A stretch of DNA of 41,521 nucleotides, taken from positions 1-41,521 of the IMG/VR virus record IMGVR_UViG_3300049070_000038. One strand, given 5' to 3'. The DNA comes from a virus (taxonomy: Duplodnaviria; Caudoviricetes). Shown here one piece after another: positions 1 to 8,334 of the stretch (position 1 is the first letter of the stretch; each line of letters opens with the position of its first letter). Below the pieces are notes generated by a model. It ran no database searches. It worked only from the letters and a program-made list of their open reading frames with translations, and was not told the origin of the DNA. Made by a program: the position numbers and the translations under genes.

Positions 1-1
1 T

Positions 2-30
2 ATCATACCATAATATTATTGTGTTGTCAA
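2..30 (-). promoter_or_regulatory. Sigma70-type promoter pointing off the left end
   Basis: Minus strand reads TTGACA-17 nt-TATGAT with a TGn extended -10. Confidence 0.7.
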
Positions 31-130
31 TAAGATTAGTATTACCAATGATACACTACCCCTCTTTACCATTAACATTACCCCATAGATTGATAACTAC
101 ATATCACACACAAGATAAAAATATAGTCAT

Positions 131-178
131 ATATAACACACAGAGAATATTTTTTATAGCTACATATAACACACAGAG
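131..178. repeat. 15-bp direct repeat ATATAACACACAGAG, two copies
   Basis: Exact copies at 131-145 and 164-178, with a degenerate copy near 100-115. Confidence 0.8.
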
Positions 179-269
179 TAAAAATATTTATTAAGCAAAG
201 CAACCTTAATTTATTTAATTACATCTAAGTTACATACAAAACAAAAATAAATTATAATAAAAATAAAGC

Positions 270-298
270 TTGACAAAATTAATATTATCTGTTATACT
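270..298 (+). promoter_or_regulatory. Sigma70-type promoter for the packaging/structural block
   Basis: TTGACA (270-275), 17-nt spacer, TATACT (293-298), TGn extension and A-rich upstream sequence. Confidence 0.75.
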
Positions 299-331
299 CC
301 ACAATGTTTGGAGAACCTACGCTAAATTAAC

Positions 332-374
332 AATCCGGGATTGATAAGTTGAAGTATTAATCCCGGATTCTTTT
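332..374 (+). terminator. Leader hairpin, terminator- or attenuator-like
   Basis: AATCCGGGATTGATA (332-346) pairs with TATTAATCCCGGATT (355-369) and is followed by CTTTT. Confidence 0.5.
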
Positions 375-387
375 AAATAAATTAAAT

Positions 388-951
388 ATGAAAGTTTTAG
401 TTGCTTGTGAATTTAGTGGAATAGTGAGAGAAGCGTTTAAGGCTAAAGGCCACGATGCTTGGAGTTGTGATATTATTGATACAGAGATTGAAGGTAATCA
501 CATAAAAGATAATGTTTTAAATTATTTAAAAGAGGGATGGGATTTAATGATAGGACATCCACCTTGTACATTTTTATCGGTAAGTGGAAATAGATGGTTT
601 AAAGTATATCCCACAAGAAAATACTTACAAGAAATGGCTATTGAGTTCTTCCTTAATTTATGGTGTTCAGGTATTCCCAAGATTTGTTTAGAAAATCCTA
701 TTGGAGTTATGTCAACAGTTTTTAAGAAACCAGATCAAATAATTCAACCTTATCAATTTGGTCACGGAGAAACTAAAGCAACTTGTCTATGGTTAAAAAA
801 TCTACCAAAACTTGAAATGACTAATTATGTTCTTAGAGAAAGAAATAATAATATTCATAATATGTTTCTTGATGGTGTAAAAGATTTAAGAAAAGAGAGA
901 AGTAGAACTTATCAAGGAATAGCTAATGCAATGGCAGAACAATGGAGTTAG
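388..951 (+). CDS. Phage DNA cytosine methyltransferase-like protein
   Basis: N-terminal VLVACEFSG, catalytic-type HPPC, ENP motif, K-T-LWL and C-terminal RSRTYQGIANAMA. Confidence 0.75.
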   Translation: MKVLVACEFSGIVREAFKAKGHDAWSCDIIDTEIEGNHIKDNVLNYLKEGWDLMIGHPPCTFLSVSGNRWFKVYPTRKYLQEMAIEFFLNLWCSGIPKICLENPIGVMSTVFKKPDQIIQPYQFGHGETKATCLWLKNLPKLEMTNYVLRERNNNIHNMFLDGVKDLRKERSRTYQGIANAMAEQWS

Positions 952-954
952 TTT

Positions 955-1413
955 ATGGAAGATAGAAACAAACATTTAAGATTAGTTCAACAAGAGCAAA
1001 CTCTTATTCCACTAATGAAGAATGAAGAGTTAAAGAAAGACATATGTCTTGCAATAAGTTCAGGACTATGCACAGTACCAGAAGACTTAGTTAATTTATT
1101 TAATATCACATACGAACAATCAATAACTCTTTTATCTGATCCTGGATTCCTTTCTTCCATAAAGAAGTTTACAACTGCTAAATTTCAATTAATGTTTCAT
1201 ACATCAGTTCCTAAAGAGTTAGAAAACATAATCAAGAATGGAGACAATAAAGAAAAACTACAAGCTATAAAGATGTATGCTCAACTTACAGATAATCTTA
1301 AGAATACAGGAACAGATGTTAACATCAATCTCAGTTTAGAGAACTTAGTTAAACAAGCAGAGAAGACAGTTAATAATCCCATATTCGATACTGAATACAA
1401 GAAGGTTAGTTAA
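955..1413 (+). CDS. Putative terminase small subunit
   Basis: 152 aa helical protein ending in a DVNINLSL-type strand, upstream of the large terminase; mainly a positional call. Confidence 0.45.
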   Translation: MEDRNKHLRLVQQEQTLIPLMKNEELKKDICLAISSGLCTVPEDLVNLFNITYEQSITLLSDPGFLSSIKKFTTAKFQLMFHTSVPKELENIIKNGDNKEKLQAIKMYAQLTDNLKNTGTDVNINLSLENLVKQAEKTVNNPIFDTEYKKVS

Positions 1414-1439
1414 CCGGGATTGAAGAGGATACTAACTTA

Positions 1440-1667
1440 ATGAGTATATTAACTAAAACATTACCTTTTCCACAAGGAGAAATAGTCTCATTAGTTAGAG
1501 ATAGTGATGATTGGTTTATTTTTATCCCACCAGAAGATTGGGCTAATTCAGAAAATACAATAATGTTTGTAGCTAAAGATAAAAAAGCTTATAATAGACT
1601 TGTTAATAAACTACAGCAAGTAATTATTCAAATCAAGCTACATAATGAAGAATGTGAATGTGATTGA
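1440..1667 (+). CDS. Hypothetical protein
   Basis: ORF preceded by GAGG, co-oriented with its neighbours. Confidence 0.55.
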   Translation: MSILTKTLPFPQGEIVSLVRDSDDWFIFIPPEDWANSENTIMFVAKDKKAYNRLVNKLQQVIIQIKLHNEECECD

Positions 1668-1738
1668 AAACTTGGAATAATTTAAATAATTTAAACATAA
1701 GGAAGTACAGCGAAGCTGGACGACCTAAAAAGGAAACA

Positions 1739-2257
1739 ATGAAAAACAAAACATATGCTATCGTTACTTTGATTACACTTTTTGTAATCTTCTCATTTTG
1801 TGCTTTTAGTGCTAAAGCACAGGATACAGTTAAAGTTGGTGTCAACTTTGTTAATTCAGAATATGTACTTAATCCCATAGAAGCTGTTGAATATCTTCAA
1901 GGTATCTCAGTTAATCTTGATGCTAAGGTTTTCTCACAGAAGGAGAATAAAGGTTTTCGTCTTGGTGGAGTCTTTTACTACAAGAGAGATAACTTTGATT
2001 TTCCCACAGACACTTATGCCTTTGGCCCTAAGTTGAGTTATCGTCTTGGATTTGTTGAACCATTTGGTCAGGTTGTATTTGGTCTTAATACCACTTATAA
2101 CGCTGATCGAGTCTTCACCAGGATTTATAGTGCTGGTGCTGATCTTAACTTTGGTCATATCTACATTCGTCCCATAGAAGTTGGTTGGCAGCGTTCAGAA
2201 GGTTTCTTCTCTCCTGCGAATCAAACTTATTCTGCTGGACTTGGATTGAGGTTTTAA
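1739..2257 (+). CDS. Outer-membrane beta-barrel protein with signal peptide
   Basis: Likely start ATG 1739 (AAGGA RBS); Sec signal ending AKA-Q; alternating amphipathic strands; C-terminal YSAGLGLRF beta-signal. Confidence 0.75.
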   Translation: MKNKTYAIVTLITLFVIFSFCAFSAKAQDTVKVGVNFVNSEYVLNPIEAVEYLQGISVNLDAKVFSQKENKGFRLGGVFYYKRDNFDFPTDTYAFGPKLSYRLGFVEPFGQVVFGLNTTYNADRVFTRIYSAGADLNFGHIYIRPIEVGWQRSEGFFSPANQTYSAGLGLRF

Positions 2258-2268
2258 ATAAATTAAAT

Positions 2269-2475
2269 ATGAAAAGATTACTTCAATTTTTTGAATATCA
2301 ACATTTGCCAATGAACTTGCAGGATATATCTAAAGCATATTATCAAGTAGCTCATTGGATGGTTTCAACCCTACCTGAGAATGCTGAATCAACTGTTGCT
2401 ATGAGAAAACTTCTTGAAGCTAAAGATTGTGCAGTTAGATCAATATTGTACAAAGAACCAACAGCAAACGTTTAA
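2269..2475 (+). CDS. Small helical-hairpin protein, possibly Acb2/Tad1-like
   Basis: Likely start ATG 2269; FFEYQHLP...LP...RKLLEAKDCAVR pattern recognised from phage proteins; function inferred. Confidence 0.6.
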   Translation: MKRLLQFFEYQHLPMNLQDISKAYYQVAHWMVSTLPENAESTVAMRKLLEAKDCAVRSILYKEPTANV

Positions 2476-2537
2476 GGAATTAATTTAATTAAAATAGCAA
2501 GAGATGAACTGTAAGAAATTTTAATTAAATTAATTCC
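2476..2537. repeat. Paired-motif inverted-repeat cassette, copy 1
   Basis: Perfect 20-bp inverted repeat GGAATTAATTTAATTAAAAT at 2476-2495 and 2518-2537. Confidence 0.9.
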
Positions 2538-2557
2538 GTAAATAATTTAAACACGTT

Positions 2558-4363
2558 ATGAATAACACCACAATACTCCAAAAATTCATTCAACTCCAAG
2601 AAGATTTCTTGGAGTATTGTGCTTATAACGTATGGATTAAAAACGTTGGTGGTATTCTAGTTAGACTTCTTTTTAACAATCTTCAGAGAACACTATGGGA
2701 GTTATTCAAAGAAGATTGGAAAAACATTGATGGTCAAATTAAATGGTATCTAGTTAAGATGAGGAAAGGTGGAGCATCTACTTTCTTCATAACTCTCTTC
2801 TACTGGCTTACCACAATGTTTAGAAACAAAGCTGCATTGATTGTTGCTCACGATGAAGATTCAGCTAAAGCAATGATCAATACAATTCAAACTATTCACT
2901 TACGTTCTGAGAGATGGTTAAGGCCAAAGACCAGAACAATGAATAGAAAAGAAATCTACTTTGCTAACTCAGTAGAAGAAGCAGAGAAGACAGGAGATAT
3001 AGGATTAGACTCCATAATTGATTCTGCCACAATCGATACAAAGACATTAGCAAGATCACGAACATTCCAATACGCACTTCTCACAGAGTTTGGCCAATAT
3101 CCAGAATTAGGATTAGATATTGATGAAAGATTAGTTGCTTTATTCAATGCTGTACCAGATGAACCAGGTATTAAATCATTCATAGTTGCAGAGTCTACGG
3201 CAAGAGGAGACAATGCAGCTAAAGATTTTTGGTATGATGATACTAATGGATTTAGAAAGATATTCATTGGTATGGTAGCAATGGAAAGTTATCGTATTCC
3301 CATAACGATAGATAAATACTTTGAGTTGTCCGAAGATAAGGATTCAAGATATGGTGATGAATTAGAAGAAAGAAAAAAACTTATTCCTGAAATCAAATTC
3401 TGGTATCCTAATCTTACCACAGAGTATGAGATTGAAAGTGAGGTAATGGCAAGATTAGCTTGGCGTAGAAAAACAATAGACGTTAAGTGCCGTGGATCAA
3501 AGGATAAGTTTAAACAAGAATATCCCATAACCGTTCAAGATGCTTTTGAAGGTTCAAATGAATCAATCTTTCCCATAAAGAATATTCTTGAGATGGAAGA
3601 GATTTTAAAAAAATTAAAACTCAAGTCTAAAACTTATAACTATAATCACGATGACACAATCAAAGATAAGACACATAAATTCTATCCAAGTAAGTATGGA
3701 GCATTGGAAATTTTTGCCTATGCTGATCCAGATTCACATTATGTTATTGGAGCAGATGGAGCACAAGGAATTAAAGGAGGCGACTATAGTACCGCATATG
3801 TTCTTAAGCTACCAAATTTTGAAGAAGTTGCCTGTTTTGAAGACATCATCAAACCTTCTGAATTTGCAGGCGTGTTAAATTACTTAGGCTTGATTTATAA
3901 TAAAGCTTTGGTTGCTGTTGAGATAAATGATCCTGGTGGATTTGCAGCTAATGAAAAGCTTATGGATTTTTATAATTATCCAAATCTCTACTATCGAATA
4001 AATCCATATGAAGCAGCAGCAGGAGATATGCCATATGGTTGGAAAACCAATGATCAAACAAGACCTATAATGATTAGAGATTTTGATGATGATATACAGA
4101 ACAAAAGAATCTATATTAAATCAATAAAACTCTTGACACAGATGAAAACATTTGTTAGACTTAAGAATGGTAAGATTGGAGCATCACCAGGAAAGCACGA
4201 TGATTTAATTATAGCTGCAATGATAGCAAGACAGATAGCAACACAAGTTCATATAGCTAGACCAGTAATACCGAATAAAGCACCCAAAGGTTCTGTTGAT
4301 TGGCACATACAGCAATTAGGTATTAAAGTAGGGAAACGACCAACAATGCGTAGGGGCGCTTAA
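2558..4363 (+). CDS. terL: Terminase large subunit
   Basis: Walker A-like KMRKGGAST, Walker B ALLTE, coupling motif ESTA, nuclease motifs IGAD..G..GGDYS and HDDLIIA. Confidence 0.92.
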   Translation: MNNTTILQKFIQLQEDFLEYCAYNVWIKNVGGILVRLLFNNLQRTLWELFKEDWKNIDGQIKWYLVKMRKGGASTFFITLFYWLTTMFRNKAALIVAHDEDSAKAMINTIQTIHLRSERWLRPKTRTMNRKEIYFANSVEEAEKTGDIGLDSIIDSATIDTKTLARSRTFQYALLTEFGQYPELGLDIDERLVALFNAVPDEPGIKSFIVAESTARGDNAAKDFWYDDTNGFRKIFIGMVAMESYRIPITIDKYFELSEDKDSRYGDELEERKKLIPEIKFWYPNLTTEYEIESEVMARLAWRRKTIDVKCRGSKDKFKQEYPITVQDAFEGSNESIFPIKNILEMEEILKKLKLKSKTYNYNHDDTIKDKTHKFYPSKYGALEIFAYADPDSHYVIGADGAQGIKGGDYSTAYVLKLPNFEEVACFEDIIKPSEFAGVLNYLGLIYNKALVAVEINDPGGFAANEKLMDFYNYPNLYYRINPYEAAAGDMPYGWKTNDQTRPIMIRDFDDDIQNKRIYIKSIKLLTQMKTFVRLKNGKIGASPGKHDDLIIAAMIARQIATQVHIARPVIPNKAPKGSVDWHIQQLGIKVGKRPTMRRGA

Positions 4364-4372
4364 ATAAATTAA

Positions 4373-4678
4373 ATGAACAGACGTAATTTCTTAAAATCAT
4401 TTAGTGCTGCTGTAGTTGGAACTGTTGCAGCTATTAAATTACCTCTAGCTACTCCATTATCTGAAAGAGTAGCAGAGGTTAAAACTCGTATAGGATTAGT
4501 AAACGAGATTATAGAAATACCTATAGATAGATTTACCACAATGCGTATTACTAAAATTCAATACTATATGAGATTGAAATCATTTACAGCTAAAGGTTAT
4601 GTTCTTAGCAAAGATGGTAAGCAATTAATCTATAATCCTAAGTGGTATTGGGATGATGAGGAGTATGTTAGTGAATAG
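4373..4678 (+). CDS. Small protein with twin-arginine (Tat) signal
   Basis: MNRRNFLK followed by a hydrophobic stretch matches RRxFLK. Confidence 0.75.
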   Translation: MNRRNFLKSFSAAVVGTVAAIKLPLATPLSERVAEVKTRIGLVNEIIEIPIDRFTTMRITKIQYYMRLKSFTAKGYVLSKDGKQLIYNPKWYWDDEEYVSE

Positions 4679-4922
4679 AAGACATTTTCTAAAAGGATTC
4701 CTTGCTAGTGGAGCAATTATCGCACTTGCTCCACTAATGCTTGTTGTAGAAGTACCTGTTTCAAGTGTAACATTTGAATCTTTAGTTGCAACTACGCTAG
4801 CAAACTATCGTCCGATTTTTGTTGATATAATAACAAGGCCGAGTCCTATTTTTGAAGCTTTAAAGAAGAATAGTTGGATTGAACAAGGCCAACCTGTTAT
4901 TGAACCTTTTATTTTTAATTAA
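4671..4922 (+). CDS. Tat-signal protein fused to a major capsid N-terminal-like segment
   Basis: Likely GTG start at 4671 (GAGGAG 7 nt upstream) gives MNRRHFLK; the C-terminal half aligns with the capsid N-terminus. Confidence 0.8.
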   Translation: MNRRHFLKGFLASGAIIALAPLMLVVEVPVSSVTFESLVATTLANYRPIFVDIITRPSPIFEALKKNSWIEQGQPVIEPFIFN

Positions 4923-4928
4923 ATTAAA

Positions 4929-6797
4929 ATGGCTAAAAGTCTTACAAGTGTATATACACCACAAAGCATTCCTGCTCTAGAGAGAATGGAAGGTAGTTCT
5001 AAGGAAGTTGATAATGACATCTGGATGTCTAGACTTCATCAAACTCTCAGGTGGAGACAGAACTATTGGAATGGCGATAAGAACTGGAATAGAGCTTATG
5101 ATATGTTCCGTGGTAAGCATTGGAGAGATAGACAGGAAGAGGAACCTTCGAGTGATCAGTTAAGAGATAGAATTACTGTTAATATAACTCAATCTTCTAT
5201 CCTTGATATTGTACCATTCTTAATGAATAGCAATCCTTATTTTCAAGGTAAGGCTAGAAAGCAAAGTAAAACTAACTCTGTAATGCTTCAGACAGAGATG
5301 CTTAATTATACTTATGAGCAAATAGAAGCAATCGAACAGGTTAAGAAATCTTGCTATGATGGTGCTATCTGTGGACACGGAATATTAAAAGATGGATACA
5401 ATTTTGAGTTAGATGAATCCATTAAGAAGGTTGACGGTAAGACATTAGTATATGAAAATTATATTAAAAAAGATAGTCCATTTACTAAGAGGGTTAGTCC
5501 TTTCTTTTTTCTTATTGATCCAACGGCAAGTGAAGCAAACTTGGAAACTGCGAAATGGTGTGCAGAGATTTTTCTCAAAACTGAGAGGGATATAATTGCT
5601 AATGAGAGATATGACGCTAAGGTAAGAAACAAAATCAAATCAGGTTATTATCCTCTTTTGTATAAAGGCTCTGCTCTTGGTGTTAATGCTGATGATCCGA
5701 CTTTAAATAATTTAAGCAAAGAGACAGATGATCCTGCATTGCCAGAATCAAGACTTGTTCTATTATATGAGGTTTGGGATTGGAAATATGCAAAGGTTAG
5801 AACTTATGCTGATGGTGTACCAGAACCACTACTTGTAAAAGATTGGCCTTATCCCTGGTTAGACAAGTTCCCATTTGTTAAATTTGACTACATTGCTCTA
5901 CCTGATGAATTGTATGGAGTAGGTATTCCCTATCAAATTGAGGATCAACAGTTTGAACTTAATAGAAATCGTACTTATGCATTTGAACATAGACGTAGAT
6001 TTTCTGCTAGGAAATATGAGATTGGCCCTGGTGTAGATGAAGGAGAACTTATAAAGTTTGCTAATGGCGAAGATGGTGCAATGGTTAGAGTAAAGCAGAT
6101 AGGTTCAATTGCCCCTATACCAGATGCACCTATGCCAGAAGATACACAGATTGTTGAAGCAATGATAAGGTCTGATATTCAAGGTTCAACAGGCTTAGAT
6201 GCAGTTGTAAGAGGCCAAGCTTTACCAGCAAGGACAACAGGAGTAGAAGTAAATACAAGGACATCAATATTTAGGTTGAAGCTTGAAGATAGAATTAATA
6301 CAATAGATAAATTTGTATTGAACAATGCTAAGCATATATTACAACATATCAAAGGTACTTATAATAAAGATAGGGTTGTAAGAATGATTGGTTCAAAAGG
6401 TGAATACTGGGAAACACTTACACCTGAGATGATAAGAGAAGAGATAGATATTTTTATGGATACTATCTCTGCTCCTAAAGTTGATCCTCTTGTTGACAGA
6501 CAGTTAGCACTACAGGTTTGGCAGATAACAACATCTGTTCAACCTGGAATGCTTCAAATAGATTATAACGCTTTATTTGGTTGGCTTATGGAGAAATTTG
6601 GAATTAAAGACGCAGGTAGATTCTTTCTGCCTGCGCAAACTCCAACACCACCAATATTGGAAAATCCTGCTCCTCCTGATCCTAACAAGCAATCTACAAA
6701 TGGCATAGTTCCAACACTTGCACCACAACAACCAGGACTAAACGCAATGTTACAAGGTATAACACAGAATGGAAATCCATTAGGAGTGCAACAATGA
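4929..6797 (+). CDS. Portal protein
   Basis: 622 aa between terminase and scaffold/capsid; RVSPFFFLIDP, LYEVW, PFV...LYGVGIP...QQFELN patterns; Pro/Gln-rich tail. Confidence 0.88.
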   Translation: MAKSLTSVYTPQSIPALERMEGSSKEVDNDIWMSRLHQTLRWRQNYWNGDKNWNRAYDMFRGKHWRDRQEEEPSSDQLRDRITVNITQSSILDIVPFLMNSNPYFQGKARKQSKTNSVMLQTEMLNYTYEQIEAIEQVKKSCYDGAICGHGILKDGYNFELDESIKKVDGKTLVYENYIKKDSPFTKRVSPFFFLIDPTASEANLETAKWCAEIFLKTERDIIANERYDAKVRNKIKSGYYPLLYKGSALGVNADDPTLNNLSKETDDPALPESRLVLLYEVWDWKYAKVRTYADGVPEPLLVKDWPYPWLDKFPFVKFDYIALPDELYGVGIPYQIEDQQFELNRNRTYAFEHRRRFSARKYEIGPGVDEGELIKFANGEDGAMVRVKQIGSIAPIPDAPMPEDTQIVEAMIRSDIQGSTGLDAVVRGQALPARTTGVEVNTRTSIFRLKLEDRINTIDKFVLNNAKHILQHIKGTYNKDRVVRMIGSKGEYWETLTPEMIREEIDIFMDTISAPKVDPLVDRQLALQVWQITTSVQPGMLQIDYNALFGWLMEKFGIKDAGRFFLPAQTPTPPILENPAPPDPNKQSTNGIVPTLAPQQPGLNAMLQGITQNGNPLGVQQ

Positions 6798-6874
6798 AAA
6801 AGAAAGTATATAAAACAATAAATAAAAAAGCAGATAAGATTAAGAAGTATTACGCAAAGAAGAAAAAGAAATAG
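6794..6874 (+). CDS. 26-aa lysine-rich peptide (not in the ORF track)
   Basis: AGGAG RBS and ATGA overlap with the portal stop; MKKKVYKTINKKADKIKKYYAKKKKK. Confidence 0.6.
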   Translation: MKKKVYKTINKKADKIKKYYAKKKKK

Positions 6875-6897
6875 TAGTTTTTAAATAATTTAAATAT

Positions 6898-7419
6898 ATG
6901 CCATTATACGATTTAAAATGTTTAGAGTGCGAATACATAACCGAACGGTTATTTCCTAAGATAACTGAATTTTTAGAATACAAAGACTTAACAAAAAAAG
7001 AACGTTCTGAACTTCGTCGCATTAAGTATGGAATACATCCTGGTTATGAATTGATATACTGTGGTAATGCTAGATTTAGAAATCAAGTTTGTAAATGTGG
7101 TGGATTTCAAGAATTAGTTGCTCCACTAACTAATATGCAGCCTGATAATATGTGGGCTGGAACAGATACAAGGCTTGGTTATTTCACATCTAAGAGCAAG
7201 TATGAACAAACATTAAAAGATAGAAATCTTGTAAGTGTTGATAAAAAAGAACTTGACACAGTTAGAAAGAACGTGTATAATACCAAACAAGATAATAAAA
7301 GGAAACAAGTAAAAGCTACAAATGATTTCCTGAACCAACAGTTAGCGAGCGTAGAAATTTCTCCTGACGGTAATACGTTAAAGGAAAGAAATAAGTATGC
7401 TCGTAAACGGAAACAATAA
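6898..7419 (+). CDS. FmdB-like zinc-ribbon protein
   Basis: MPLYDLKCLEC N-terminus and a later CKCGG knuckle. Confidence 0.65.
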   Translation: MPLYDLKCLECEYITERLFPKITEFLEYKDLTKKERSELRRIKYGIHPGYELIYCGNARFRNQVCKCGGFQELVAPLTNMQPDNMWAGTDTRLGYFTSKSKYEQTLKDRNLVSVDKKELDTVRKNVYNTKQDNKRKQVKATNDFLNQQLASVEISPDGNTLKERNKYARKRKQ

Positions 7420-8299
7420 TATACCTGATCCAAATAATTCTCCTAGTGGTACTCAAACTGTATTAGCTCATACACCTAATCCTTTTGCTAATCCTGGTGT
7501 GCCTGCTGGTTTTCTCAATCAAGACCCTAATAGCCTTGCCTTTATATTTAACAATGATTCTGGCGAATTAGAGATTGGCAAGAAACCAGAAGTTAAGCCA
7601 CAAGTACCAGAAACACCTAAAGAAGTAGCTAAGACTACTGATCCTAATGAGGAAAGATTTCTTAGACTTGAACAAGGTATTGCTACTATTGCTTCTTTTC
7701 TTGAAGGACAGAAAGTTGCTGGTTTAAATAATTTAAACAGTCAACAGACTCAGCAACAGCAAACTACTACACCAGAAGAATTTGATTATACAGGTGTAGA
7801 TATCTCTGATCCAAACAATATCAGAGATATAATTCGTAATGAATTTAAAACTCTACTTACTACAGAACTCAAACCATTGCTAGGTAAGCAGGCTGAGCTA
7901 GGCTTGAGAGCTAGCTTTAATGATGCTGCTACTAGATTTGGTAAAGATTTCTTAGAAGGCACACTTCCCACCATAGATACTCTCATCAAAAATGGTGTAT
8001 TGAAAAGTGATCCGAATATGGATTTTGTTAATATACACTTGCAGCTTAAGCAAGCTGGATTAACAAAACCAGTTGCCGCTAACACGGATAGCACTATTCA
8101 ACTGTCTAATGGGTCTACTCCAAGTGGACAGCCACAGACGGCACAGGAGCTTGTTCAGAAAGCTAACGCTCTCTCAACAGAGACTCCCGGCGCACAGCGG
8201 ACAATTATGACTACTACCAATCCGAAGAAAGGCACAAAGGACTACAAGGTTTCTAATGCAGTCCAAGATGCTTTTGAATCTGTTTTTGGTGGAGTTTAA
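7397..8299 (+). CDS. Putative capsid scaffolding protein
   Basis: Low-complexity, helical, directly upstream of the capsid gene, ends in an amphipathic helix (AVQDAFESVF). Confidence 0.6.
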   Translation: MLVNGNNNIPDPNNSPSGTQTVLAHTPNPFANPGVPAGFLNQDPNSLAFIFNNDSGELEIGKKPEVKPQVPETPKEVAKTTDPNEERFLRLEQGIATIASFLEGQKVAGLNNLNSQQTQQQQTTTPEEFDYTGVDISDPNNIRDIIRNEFKTLLTTELKPLLGKQAELGLRASFNDAATRFGKDFLEGTLPTIDTLIKNGVLKSDPNMDFVNIHLQLKQAGLTKPVAANTDSTIQLSNGSTPSGQPQTAQELVQKANALSTETPGAQRTIMTTTNPKKGTKDYKVSNAVQDAFESVFGGV

Positions 8300-8334
8300 A
8301 TAATTTAAACTGGTTGAATAGAGGAGAACTTTTT

